A stretch of DNA of 64,000 nucleotides, from sequence record OQ555404.1, one strand, 5' to 3'. Position 1 is the first letter of the stretch. Each line of letters opens with the position of its first letter. The stretch comes from Escherichia phage vB_EcoP_HC-25922. Below the pieces are notes generated by a model. It had not been told where the DNA came from. It saw nothing but the letters and a program-made list of their open reading frames with translations, and searched no databases. Shown here piece by piece: positions 29,687 to 38,550 of this stretch. The translations under genes were made by a program, and so were the position numbers.

Positions 29687-30208
29687 TTAAATAATGAGAT
29701 CTTGTTCTTTTCTTCTTTCATCGAAAACCTTCCTAATCTCTTGCAGAGAAACAGCTTTATAATTAATTTGCTCCATTGATGTACAGAAATATCTCCAATC
29801 ATCAATTACATGATTATGGGTATGAGCATAAATATTAAACTTCCCTCTCATTTCATCAGTGTGAATAGGAATATGAGTTACCCAAAACTCTTTATATTTA
29901 TAATCACCAGAGATTCTACGGAAGACTTTCATCATATCAGGGAGAAGTTCTAACCTGTCATGGTTTCCTAAGACTAGATGCTTCTCTCCTTTTACTTCAG
30001 CGATGATATCAAGGGCATACTTTTCAAACACCCAATCACCGGTAAAGAAAGTTTTATCACGTTTAGTAACATGGTCAAACGCTGCTAAGATAGCGTTGTC
30101 GTGTTCTTCAATACTACTAAACCTCTTCCTAAAGCTACAGATGTTACGATGGCCTAGGTGACCATCACCTGCAAAATAAACTTCAGCCATTCTCGTATGT
30201 GTCCTCAT
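29687..30208 (-). CDS. metallophosphoesterase (calcineurin-like)
   Basis: GDGHLGH, GNHD and HTHNH motifs. Confidence 0.65.
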   Translation of the reverse strand: MRTHTRMAEVYFAGDGHLGHRNICSFRKRFSSIEEHDNAILAAFDHVTKRDKTFFTGDWVFEKYALDIIAEVKGEKHLVLGNHDRLELLPDMMKVFRRISGDYKYKEFWVTHIPIHTDEMRGKFNIYAHTHNHVIDDWRYFCTSMEQINYKAVSLQEIRKVFDERRKEQDLII

Positions 30209-30333
30209 AATATGAGTAGTTGAAGGATTCAGCTTTCGTTTCAGCCTCCTCCATATCGTCTGTTTCCAGAATCACTCTCCAGCCAGAACCGTTAGGATAT
30301 TCAGCTCCCTCATCTAGCCAGACTTTGTATCGT

Positions 30334-30537
30334 TTAGATTGTGCAACCATCGCAGATGTAATCTCCGCTTAGAGACTCTTGCAAGAGCCGGGATTGTTCA
30401 TCTGATACCAACTTGTCAACCTCTTCTTTCAGAGCCATAAGATCAACAAAGGTTAGTAGCTCGTGTCGGTCAGCAATCACTTGGTATTTGTAGTCATTAA
30501 TATGTGGTGCGCTTTGTACGACGTAAATATTAGACAT
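30334..30537 (-). CDS. hypothetical small protein
   Basis: 67 aa ORF. Confidence 0.35.
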   Translation of the reverse strand: MSNIYVVQSAPHINDYKYQVIADRHELLTFVDLMALKEEVDKLVSDEQSRLLQESLSGDYICDGCTI

Positions 30538-30761
30538 TATAAGATCTCCCTTTGTTTAGCGTTAATGACTGACATTGCTGTGATTGGGTTGTTTGTTCCA
30601 AGATATTCCAGAACAGGGACACCCTTAGTCGGTTTATCAGCCTCTGTGTAATTCTTAACCTTGCCACCAAGAACCTCTAGAGAAGCCTGAGCTTCCGCTT
30701 CATCATAGTGAATTCGGTCAACTGTTTTCTTTCCAATCCTATAAGTGTGAACGTAAATCAT
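30537..30761 (-). CDS. hypothetical small protein
   Basis: 74 aa ORF. Confidence 0.35.
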   Translation of the reverse strand: MIYVHTYRIGKKTVDRIHYDEAEAQASLEVLGGKVKNYTEADKPTKGVPVLEYLGTNNPITAMSVINAKQREIL

Positions 30762-30964
30762 TTAACTTCCTCAATATCAACTAATTCAAAACTTCCTATT
30801 TCTTCAAGCTTAATAATCTCTTTAACCTTCTCAACAGCTTTAATAGGGTTTTCTTCTTCTACAACTTTACACCCTGATACTTCAAGACTGCCTGTTCCAC
30901 GAAGGTATAAATTCAACTTATAAACTACTTTGTAGTATTTCATCGTGCTCCCAATTTCTTTCAT
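30758..30964 (-). CDS. hypothetical small protein
   Basis: 68 aa ORF. Confidence 0.35.
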   Translation of the reverse strand: MKEIGSTMKYYKVVYKLNLYLRGTGSLEVSGCKVVEEENPIKAVEKVKEIIKLEEIGSFELVDIEEVK

Positions 30965-31097
30965 AATATCCAGAGTTGTAGTTTAGGGCGCATTTCTCGG
31001 CCTCTTCTATGTCGTCTGTGTTTAGGATATTAACCCAACCACCAACTTCATCAAAACCCTCTTCTACCTCATTGAACCACACGCTGTATTTCTTCAT
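30918..31097 (-). CDS. hypothetical small protein
   Basis: start set at MKKYSVWF, whose ATG overlaps the upstream stop (ATGA). Confidence 0.3.
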   Translation of the reverse strand: MKKYSVWFNEVEEGFDEVGGWVNILNTDDIEEAEKCALNYNSGYYERNWEHDEILQSSL

Positions 31098-31272
31098 CTT
31101 GATAAGACCCTTCCCCAATCCTTGGTGTAACATCGACCATCAACCCACTTGGTCTCTGATTTAAACTCTTGAGAGATTCTTGTTTCACAGTCTTCTTTAC
31201 TGTAATCACCAAGAGCATCCATCACCCAAAGAAACAGAGCAATTACAATAGACCAGATTAGAAACTTCTTCA
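31094..31272 (-). CDS. small signal-peptide/membrane protein (59 aa, below ORF-track cutoff)
   Basis: MKKFLIWSIVIALFLWVMDA...; ATG overlaps the upstream stop and its own stop overlaps the next ATG. Confidence 0.3.
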
Positions 31273-31662
31273 TCGTATCACCAGAGGCTCTTCAGAGTAC
31301 ACAGGAGAGGTTATTTCTACCGGAGGTGCTGCTCTAAGGTCATTAAGTCTTACGCCCTTCAGCATACCATCTAGGTGGTCCATTTTAGGGATACCTACAG
31401 GGAAGTCATCAATCCAAACATCCACAAAGAAACCCAAGCTCTGAGTGACGGAATCCTTCTGAACACCATTGCAAAAGATAACAGGAATATCTAGACTTGC
31501 TGCATCTGCTAGAAGCTCCTCATTTGAATACCCATTAGGTTGAGCAAAACGATAGGTGACAATACGTACATCATGTCCACGAGATTTCATAAGACCTACA
31601 ATGTGGGTCCACATCTCTTTGTCCACTGTAAAAGTATCATCATAATCTAAACCAATATTCAT
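31270..31662 (-). CDS. hypothetical protein, possible HAD-like phosphatase
   Basis: N-terminal IGLDYDDTF resembles HAD motif I; weak. Confidence 0.3.
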   Translation of the reverse strand: MNIGLDYDDTFTVDKEMWTHIVGLMKSRGHDVRIVTYRFAQPNGYSNEELLADAASLDIPVIFCNGVQKDSVTQSLGFFVDVWIDDFPVGIPKMDHLDGMLKGVRLNDLRAAPPVEITSPVYSEEPLVIR

Positions 31663-31679
31663 ATTAGCCTCTTAGACAA

Positions 31680-31701
31680 GAAAAGCCACCCGAAGGTAGC
31701 T
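31680..31701 (-). terminator. rho-independent terminator (minus strand)
   Basis: minus-strand AGCTACC-TTCG-GGTGGCT followed by TTTTCTTGTC. Confidence 0.5.
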
Positions 31702-31946
31702 TATTTATTCTGTGTTTCCAGTTCGCTGATACGAACTTTCAAACCGTTAATCTCAGCCTGAGCAGCTTCTAGTTTAATTAGGGCTTCTTCAGCGTCAGCT
31801 TCTGTTTGAAGAACCGCAGTGGTTAGTTCGTATAAAGCTTGGCGGAGAGAGTCTTTGCCCATAGCATGAATCTGTGCAACAAAGAATTGCTTACCTTCCG
31901 TGGTTTCCAAAGTCTCTTTTAATTCTTTAGATGTTAAAGTCATCAT
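31701..31946 (-). CDS. coiled-coil protein
   Basis: 81 aa helical ORF. Confidence 0.35.
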   Translation of the reverse strand: MMTLTSKELKETLETTEGKQFFVAQIHAMGKDSLRQALYELTTAVLQTEADAEEALIKLEAAQAEINGLKVRISELETQNK

Positions 31947-32110
31947 TACTCCCTTTCATAAATTTTAAGAACTGTACCGCCATCTGCTTCAATCTGAGCA
32001 ACTACTTCATCGCGCTCTTTATCAGAATAAACCAGTTGGTTGTGAAATTTGCCTGTACTGTCTTGGAAATATACATTCCATTTTGGAGCAGGTTTACGAA
32101 TCAAATCCAT
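31944..32110 (-). CDS. small protein (55 aa, below ORF-track cutoff)
   Basis: MMDLIRKPAPKW... with GAGGAG RBS; stop overlaps the next start (TAATG). Confidence 0.3.
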
Positions 32111-32325
32111 CATTGATCTTTCTCCTCTCGTTCAACCCATGTACGGAAAAGCTCCCCATACACTTTGGCATCATCAAAACGTCCTTCTTCCTGTGCGAGT
32201 TTTTGTTGCTTCAAGCACCATTCAGAACTTTTTACTTCTTCCACTTCCTTGTCTCCTTAAAAAGAACTAATCAATAAGACTAGTTCATTTCGTAATACGA
32301 TTCAGCTCTTCCACTGAACTAATCA

Positions 32326-32637
32326 CTACTTCTCCACCACAAAGAGGTTAACTTCAATGAAAGTTTCGTATTGTGTTGACTCCTGCTTACGGGTGTAGTA
32401 GAAATGACGACCTTCTAATGCACCTCCGTACTGAGTGGCACATCTTTTAACCATCTCTTTTATCACATCTACAACTGATTCGCCTTTCCACGGACGTAAC
32501 CCCTGAGTTGGGACTTTTGCTGTACAGGTTACTTGTGTGTAACCTACATCTTGTAGAGATATCTCAAGAATCAGCTTTGCCCAAGCATCAAAATTAAGCT
32601 TGGGGTTATATTTAACTTCAGTTTTGATATCAATCAT
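32326..32637 (-). CDS. hypothetical protein
   Basis: 103 aa ORF directly downstream of the DNA polymerase gene. Confidence 0.4.
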   Translation of the reverse strand: MIDIKTEVKYNPKLNFDAWAKLILEISLQDVGYTQVTCTAKVPTQGLRPWKGESVVDVIKEMVKRCATQYGGALEGRHFYYTRKQESTQYETFIEVNLFVVEK

Positions 32638-34484
32638 TAGTGAGTATGATTCCAGTTTAATCCAATCTTACAATCTGATGCAAGAGGACATTCCATCTTG
32701 AGGTATTCCCCTGCTTTACGAACACATTCTTCAGTGAGGGTACGAAGTTTGTTAACATCATCACGATGTACAGTGAACTGTCCTTCATCATGCATGTCAA
32801 TAACCTTCGCACAACGAACACCATCCCGCTCAATCCATTTATTGAGGAATAGCATTGCATACTTCATAACAATCGCCCCAGCGCTCTGTAAGAGTGTATT
32901 TAAGGCTTTATGGACCATAACCTTTCCAGTTGCATCTCTTCTCATTGTAATACGACGTCCATCCACACCGTAGATATATCCACTTTGCGCTTTCTCTGTC
33001 ATACGTTCAATAAGGATTGCAATACAAGGGTTCTCTGCTAAGAATCTTGCTCTCATGATAGCCCCTTCGTCAGAGCCACCACCTACAATACTTCCTAACT
33101 TAGCGTCACCTGCCCCATAGTTAAAGGCATAGATAAACGTTTTAGCATTATCACGAGTAGGAAGGCCAGCAAGTTTTTGGTTATGTGAGTGAATATCTCC
33201 TTCTAAAAGAATATCTCTATACATAACAGCAGAAGCTAGACCACGTTCAGCTTCTCGTTTCTTAGCCGGGTTGTTTTCTCGCTCTGCTTCAGCGAGCATC
33301 TCACGACATTCTTTAATAAGGTAGTGAGCTAGCATCCTCAGCTCAAGACCAGAGCCATCGTAACCTAAGAAGATTTCACGACCAGCAGGAACATAGAACT
33401 TATAGGCACCTACGGGTTTGTCTTTCTTGCCCGGTTTTCCCACTTCGTAGATAATGTTAGTACCCTTTCGTACGTAACACCCATCAGGGATATGGTTGGT
33501 AATGATGAAAGGATGGTTATGACTATCGTCTGAGGAATAGTCAGATTGAAAAAGACTGCGGCACTCGTGACCAAACAAACCGCGAGAAGGAATATTAACA
33601 ACAATGCGATGTTTAAAACGAAATGTCGGAGTAGCGCAGCTATTAGCTTCGGCGGACAACTTACCATCTTTACGTTCCTTGTCGATAAGCCCGCTAATCA
33701 AACCTAGCCTGTGAGCCGCTACAACGCGTCTCTTAAGCAAACTTCCTACACCCCCTAGCTCACCCCCAAGCCCCTCTTCAAGAGTCTCCTCAAGGTTTGT
33801 AGGGGCTGTGGGCCACTTGTTTGATGTAGCCAAAGCTTTTTTGATTTCATCAAAGGTTACAGGTTTCTTCCTATTCGGATTAAGACCTAAACCACTGACG
33901 TAGGCTTTCATGTAGTTGACAGTGTGATAACGGAAATGTTTATCCAAAAATCTTCGGATATCAGCATCTATCATCTCCGCTGTCTGTTTCTCTTTAGCAT
34001 TACCTCGAATCCAAGCAGAATACCATGCAGAGTATGTACCATACTTCTTCATAGCTCTACGGATTTCAAATGTATTCCAAGGTTTCTTAGAATAATTCCA
34101 CTCTGGAGGTATGAAGCCCTCATCCATCAAGGCTTCTTTAATACGTGCATCTTTCGATGGGTCGAAGTCTACATACTCAACGCAAGTAAACGCCCCACCG
34201 ATATCTTCTCTTTTAAGACCAACCCTATCGCAATAGAGCTGAGGCCACTTCTGTAAAGCACCTGATTTCTTAAAAGGCTTAGCATAAGTTGAACCATCCA
34301 CCCGCATTTTAGGGAGGAGAGGAATCAGTTCTTTATCAATATTGACAATAATCTCTTTGAGAAGGTGAACAAACCACCGAGCGTTTCTTCTGTTGAAGTT
34401 GACTCCATGCTTCGCTTGTTTTGAGATTATATCAGCGACTGTCATCTCCGTTATGAAAGGTAACTTATCAGGGTTATCCATCAC
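32637..34484 (-). CDS. DNA polymerase, family A, polymerase domain only
   Basis: motif A GYDGSGLELR, motif B RDNAKTFIYAFNYG, motif C VIDMHDEG; no 3'-5' exonuclease motifs in this 615-aa ORF. Confidence 0.8.
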   Translation of the reverse strand: MMDNPDKLPFITEMTVADIISKQAKHGVNFNRRNARWFVHLLKEIIVNIDKELIPLLPKMRVDGSTYAKPFKKSGALQKWPQLYCDRVGLKREDIGGAFTCVEYVDFDPSKDARIKEALMDEGFIPPEWNYSKKPWNTFEIRRAMKKYGTYSAWYSAWIRGNAKEKQTAEMIDADIRRFLDKHFRYHTVNYMKAYVSGLGLNPNRKKPVTFDEIKKALATSNKWPTAPTNLEETLEEGLGGELGGVGSLLKRRVVAAHRLGLISGLIDKERKDGKLSAEANSCATPTFRFKHRIVVNIPSRGLFGHECRSLFQSDYSSDDSHNHPFIITNHIPDGCYVRKGTNIIYEVGKPGKKDKPVGAYKFYVPAGREIFLGYDGSGLELRMLAHYLIKECREMLAEAERENNPAKKREAERGLASAVMYRDILLEGDIHSHNQKLAGLPTRDNAKTFIYAFNYGAGDAKLGSIVGGGSDEGAIMRARFLAENPCIAILIERMTEKAQSGYIYGVDGRRITMRRDATGKVMVHKALNTLLQSAGAIVMKYAMLFLNKWIERDGVRCAKVIDMHDEGQFTVHRDDVNKLRTLTEECVRKAGEYLKMECPLASDCKIGLNWNHTH

Positions 34485-34497
34485 CCACTCCTTATAG

Positions 34498-34851
34498 TTA
34501 TTGGTATATTAAGTCTGTGAATGCTTGGTTGTCTTCAACAATATCTAAAGCTTCATATGAATCAGCCAATTCATCCACATAAAAGACTGCTGGAATATCT
34601 TCTGCTCGCTGTCTACGAGATTCCCTTTGTTCATTGATATTTCTTTGAACCTGTGCAAGTTTCATACCCCACACCTGCTCATACAACTCTGGATATTTGT
34701 CACTAACCACTACATAATTTCGAGCTGGTTGGTTTCTATTAATCTTCGCTGTCAACTCAATAAACTGGCGAAACTCTTGAATAGAGAGGTTGTCATGAAT
34801 ATTATCCCATTTGAGAACGCAGTGACGTTCTAGGCGTTGAGGTACTGGCAT
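34498..34851 (-). CDS. hypothetical protein
   Basis: 117 aa ORF. Confidence 0.4.
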   Translation of the reverse strand: MPVPQRLERHCVLKWDNIHDNLSIQEFRQFIELTAKINRNQPARNYVVVSDKYPELYEQVWGMKLAQVQRNINEQRESRRQRAEDIPAVFYVDELADSYEALDIVEDNQAFTDLIYQ

Positions 34852-34854
34852 AAC

Positions 34855-35112
34855 TTACTCCACTGTCGGGAATGGTTTTAGGTTGTTCATGGCTGTACGA
34901 ACATCAGCACAGATTTCAGGATCACGATAAGAGAGGAATTTACCATCCTTACCACGAATCATTACATTAGTCCGTGCTGTTTTATTAGGCAATAAAGAAA
35001 TCCCTCCAATAAGATGGTTGGTAGGGTGTTGTCCTTGATTAACCTTGTAGTCATGAGTCTGAGCGTCACCGTTAAAGAGATGATCACGAATTTGGATTAA
35101 GCTAATCTTCAT
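34855..35112 (-). CDS. small protein, paralog of 35114-35365
   Basis: shares TARTNV..RG.DGKF.S.RD....NLKPFP with its neighbour. Confidence 0.4.
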   Translation of the reverse strand: MKISLIQIRDHLFNGDAQTHDYKVNQGQHPTNHLIGGISLLPNKTARTNVMIRGKDGKFLSYRDPEICADVRTAMNNLKPFPTVE

Positions 35113-35113
35113 A

Positions 35114-35365
35114 TTATGCACCAAAGTTAGGGAAAGGTTTCAGATTTTCAATAGACTTAGCAATACGCTTAGGAACAGCCTTATCACGGAAGGAGATGAA
35201 CTTTCCATCAGGACCACGAAGGGCTACATTAGTACGAGCTGTTGTTTTGTTAAACTGAATCATCTCAACAGAGCTTGTAACATTTTCTACAGGAAAAGTA
35301 TAGCTCTCAGTTGTGTTCAGAGAAGGGAGGAAATCAGTTACAGTGATGTAAGTTACTTTAGACAT
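35114..35365 (-). CDS. small protein, paralog of 34855-35112
   Basis: same motif; start set at MSKV with AAGGT RBS. Confidence 0.4.
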   Translation of the reverse strand: MSKVTYITVTDFLPSLNTTESYTFPVENVTSSVEMIQFNKTTARTNVALRGPDGKFISFRDKAVPKRIAKSIENLKPFPNFGA

Positions 35366-35386
35366 ATTTATTACCTTAGGTTCTAT

Positions 35387-35416
35387 AAAAGAAAAGGCCA
35401 CCCGAAATGGGTAGCC
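35387..35416 (-). terminator. rho-independent terminator (minus strand)
   Basis: minus-strand GGCTACCCA-TTTC-GGGTGGCC followed by TTTTCTTTTAT. Confidence 0.55.
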
Positions 35417-35421
35417 TTATA

Positions 35422-35739
35422 TCAACTTGAGCTTAAAGCTCCTTTGCGACCGCCTGCTGATTTTCCAGCACGATCTCCACTTTTGCCGCCGTTCGAGCGA
35501 TTTCGAGAGACTGATTCAACACGTAAGTTACTTGACGCATTAGAACCTCCCGACTTGATTGATCGTTTGTGTCCAACATCTTTACCTCGGACAGCAGCTT
35601 TTCCATCGCGCTTTTCAACGATGCGACGTGCACGGTGGCGCTGAGCATCTCCGCTCTTGCTACCAACGCCGGTCTCACCCCTTGCGATTGCAGTTCTTCG
35701 TTCTTGTGCATAATCACGTTTCGCCTTATCGTTCATCAT
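35422..35739 (-). CDS. basic Gly/Lys/Arg-rich low-complexity protein (KGG-repeat-like)
   Basis: ATG with AAGGAG RBS 4-5 nt upstream; preferred over the overlapping GTG-initiated frame 35433-35717. Confidence 0.4.
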   Translation of the reverse strand: MMNDKAKRDYAQERRTAIARGETGVGSKSGDAQRHRARRIVEKRDGKAAVRGKDVGHKRSIKSGGSNASSNLRVESVSRNRSNGGKSGDRAGKSAGGRKGALSSS

Positions 35740-35771
35740 AACTCCTTAATATATCAGTGTACACTAAGGAG

Positions 35772-35780
35772 TATACATTA
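35772..35780 (-). promoter_or_regulatory. TAATGTATA promoter-like motif (minus strand)
   Basis: plus TATACATTA; 32 nt upstream of the start codon at 35739. Confidence 0.45.
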
Positions 35781-35783
35781 TGT

Positions 35784-36521
35784 TTATGATTTTTCAGATT
35801 CCATTGCTTTAACAATAGCTTTACAGAAACCTGAACGAACAATATCATCTGATTCGCCATCTACTAGAGCGGCAAATTCAAATAACTGGTGACGGTAGAT
35901 GAAATCAGTAGCCCAATCAAGACCGCTCTCACCACGCATGTCGTGCTGGTTAGTGTCCCCCATGCAGAACATCTGAGAGGTTTCACCAAGACGTGTCATG
36001 ATTGAATATGCTTCATCAGGAGTAGTGTTCTGGAACTCATCAACAATCACGATAGCATCGTTGAACGAGCGACCGCGTAGATATTCCAGAGGTACGAACT
36101 CAATATTACCATTACCTACTTGACATTCGTAGAAACCTTTACCGTAGCGCTGAGTAATAACATCAACGATTGGCATTAGGTATGGTTCAAACTTCTCACG
36201 AAGCCCACCGGGAAGTAATCCAAGACTATTACCCATACCAACAGCAGGTCGGCTTAGGATAATCTTCTCAATCTTCCCACTCTTCAGAGCATCAATCACT
36301 GTAGAAGTGATTACGAAGGTCTTACCACAACCAGCAGGAGCATCTGTGAATACAACCTGTTTGGTTTTAATTGCATCAAGCAGCTCACTCTGGAATTGGT
36401 TCTGAGGTACTACCGGCTTAGCAAGAACTACTTCTTCAAATTCCCGCTTTCCTTTCTTGGTGACGAGAGCTTCACGACGTAATTCTCTCCGTGATGCTTT
36501 CCGAGATTCTCTACGACTCAT
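35784..36521 (-). CDS. phoH: PhoH-like ATPase
   Basis: Walker A DAPAGCGKT and IVIVDEFQN Walker B-like segment in PhoH-like arrangement. Confidence 0.65.
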   Translation of the reverse strand: MSRRESRKASRRELRREALVTKKGKREFEEVVLAKPVVPQNQFQSELLDAIKTKQVVFTDAPAGCGKTFVITSTVIDALKSGKIEKIILSRPAVGMGNSLGLLPGGLREKFEPYLMPIVDVITQRYGKGFYECQVGNGNIEFVPLEYLRGRSFNDAIVIVDEFQNTTPDEAYSIMTRLGETSQMFCMGDTNQHDMRGESGLDWATDFIYRHQLFEFAALVDGESDDIVRSGFCKAIVKAMESEKS

Positions 36522-36699
36522 TTCCTACCTCCGTGTTCTTCATATAAGAAGCTACAGGATTTACACTCTGAGCAATGGATACCTATAACCTTAATTTCGA
36601 CAAACTTCTTATTCTTCCCTTTAGTCGGGGAGCCTTTGGCAAGCTCCCGTATTACTTTCGAGTCCAAATGGAGAAGAGTTGATTCACATTTAAAACATT

Positions 36700-37020
36700 T
36701 CAGATTGATTTGTCCTTATGTAAACGGTATACTTCAGTAGCCATACAAGCTATACGCTCGTCATGTGGGAGATGCATACCAGTAGAGCCGTTCCATCCTT
36801 CGAACTCTGAATCAAAGAATCCAATAGGCTCGGGATACATCTCTTGCAAGGTGGTTAAGTCATCAGCCACTTGTTGCCACTTATCGTCAGACCAGATTGG
36901 GTCATCCAACCAATAATACAAATAGGAGTGGATAAGCATCTGTGTTCTATGTCGTTTAATCACTTCAGCAGGACTGATTTCATTTCCGTTACCAGTCCTA
37001 AATGTATTATTGTTGATCAT
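36700..37020 (-). CDS. hypothetical protein
   Basis: 106 aa ORF. Confidence 0.4.
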   Translation of the reverse strand: MINNNTFRTGNGNEISPAEVIKRHRTQMLIHSYLYYWLDDPIWSDDKWQQVADDLTTLQEMYPEPIGFFDSEFEGWNGSTGMHLPHDERIACMATEVYRLHKDKSI

Positions 37021-37496
37021 TCCAAAACCCTTTCTTCTAAATCATAAAAGATTTGATTTGTCCCATTATTCTCAACAAGCACTGTTCCATTATCTAGCAG
37101 GGTAGCAACTTGGGAATAAGGAATGTTCTTTAACATCAGAGCATTAATGGTCGGCTTGTTTTTGAAGTAAGCGACAGGCTCAACATAGAAGGAAATCCCA
37201 CGACTTCCTTTAATTGGGGTGCTTGAAGATAGAACCCAAATTGTTTCTGGCTTGTCTATTTCCTTTTCAACACCAACCTCAACAAGAGAGTCAGCAGCGA
37301 AACCTACAGGACGCCTAGAAGAACCAAGCAACCGAACATATCCCGGTAATTTTGACATATTAGACCAACTACCAGTGTTTTCATTAAACACAGGTCTTAC
37401 ATCACCATATGCCCAAACCAGATTATCATAGTCACGGGCTATGTATTTAACCCAATCAGGAACATCATACTCCCTTCCTTCAAAAATAGCTTTCAT
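37017..37496 (-). CDS. hypothetical protein
   Basis: 159 aa ORF. Confidence 0.4.
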   Translation of the reverse strand: MKAIFEGREYDVPDWVKYIARDYDNLVWAYGDVRPVFNENTGSWSNMSKLPGYVRLLGSSRRPVGFAADSLVEVGVEKEIDKPETIWVLSSSTPIKGSRGISFYVEPVAYFKNKPTINALMLKNIPYSQVATLLDNGTVLVENNGTNQIFYDLEERVLE

Positions 37497-37805
37497 TTAG
37501 ATAACCTTGTGCTTATAGATGTTAGGGTTGTAGTAATGCAACCAGTTTATGTATTGCTTCTGTTCGAGGTAGTGCCTGCAATCATGACAAAAAGCATGAC
37601 CCAAACCTGTTTCCTCGTTCAGCTTGAAATTGATAAGAAGCTTCTGCTTTCGACAGAAGCTACATGCTTTAGTGGGCTTCACGTAATGCATCCCAAGAGA
37701 TTGGATATATTTTACGAAGCTCTTCATCAATGGTTGATGCGAACACTCGTACTTCGTACTGAGCATGGTCTGACAGTCGCTGACGACACAACTCTGACCA
37801 ACCAT
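37497..37805 (-). CDS. Cys/His-rich small protein (possible zinc-binding); start uncertain
   Basis: CSFCRK...CHDCRH; N-terminus overlaps the ThyX-like gene so the true start is probably internal. Confidence 0.3.
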   Translation of the reverse strand: MVGQSCVVSDCQTMLSTKYECSHQPLMKSFVKYIQSLGMHYVKPTKACSFCRKQKLLINFKLNEETGLGHAFCHDCRHYLEQKQYINWLHYYNPNIYKHKVI

Positions 37806-38319
37806 ATAGAGAACCGGTCCATACCCACTCAGTGATCATACCCTGAGGTAATACGAATCGAGCTTGTTCTGGAGCAATGAACTTAATCAATTCATCATAC
37901 GACTCAAGAGCTGTTTCATATGCTCGGTTAATCAGAACTAGTGCAGAGTTTTGTGCTCCTGTGGTGAGGAGATTCCCTGCACCTGCATGGAGGTCCGAAG
38001 GTCTTTCAAAAATCTCTTTAGGGATGAAGAGTTCAACTGCTCCATCTTTATACCGCCGGGACATTTCGTTCCACGAGAATCCAACTTGATGCTTGCCCAG
38101 CTGTCTCGCAATTGCGATTGGCGCTTTGCATCGGAAGCTAATTGTCGGATGGCGGAATGGTGTGACATGCTTTTCTCTGGCAAGGAACTTGATAAGGCGT
38201 TCATCTCGTTCATTTAACTCTCCTTCACGAGTAACCCCAAAGGAAACTCGAGCTGCATTAACAACAGATTTATCAGAACCCATTGCTTCAATTAGTGTTG
38301 CTTGTAATTGTTCGTTCAT
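37669..38319 (-). CDS. ThyX-family flavin-dependent thymidylate synthase homolog with non-canonical signature motif
   Basis: AARVSF, TPF.H...F..KAPI..ARQ, S.NE.S.RY, ARFVLP and DHAQ blocks align with ThyX; the RHR of the signature is KHQ here. Confidence 0.6.
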   Translation of the reverse strand: MNEQLQATLIEAMGSDKSVVNAARVSFGVTREGELNERDERLIKFLAREKHVTPFRHPTISFRCKAPIAIARQLGKHQVGFSWNEMSRRYKDGAVELFIPKEIFERPSDLHAGAGNLLTTGAQNSALVLINRAYETALESYDELIKFIAPEQARFVLPQGMITEWVWTGSLYGWSELCRQRLSDHAQYEVRVFASTIDEELRKIYPISWDALREAH

Positions 38320-38333
38320 CCTTGAATTCTTCC

Positions 38334-38549
38334 TTAGTAATGAATCTTTTTATAAATCAGGTTGCTTCCACTTTCTGTTTCAATCCCTTTCTGGATTGTA
38401 ATCTTAGAAGCACCGGTATTAGCAATTTTTAAAGCTCGTTTAAAGCGGCGAGCCTCTCTCCGTGTTGTGTATGAGGAGAAGCTAGGGATTGTACTATCAA
38501 AATTAAACCACTTAACTACCCAAAAAGTAATCCAAGGTTTCTTTTCCAT
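38334..38549 (-). CDS. small protein, TRQEAR...YY family paralog 1
   Basis: TRREARRFKR...IYKKIHY shared with 40415-40630 and 40630-40842. Confidence 0.4.
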   Translation of the reverse strand: MEKKPWITFWVVKWFNFDSTIPSFSSYTTRREARRFKRALKIANTGASKITIQKGIETESGSNLIYKKIHY

Positions 38550-38550
38550 A

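Noticed and set aside
29557-29805. 82-aa minus-strand ORF overlapping the 3' end of the metallophosphoesterase gene
   Set aside because: Overlaps the upstream gene by more than 100 nt, and any internal start leaves only a short product without RBS support.
35433-35717. Alternative same-strand frame (94 aa, GTG start) almost co-extensive with gene 35422-35739
   Set aside because: The other frame has an ATG with a strong AAGGAG RBS; dual coding is possible but not supported from sequence alone.
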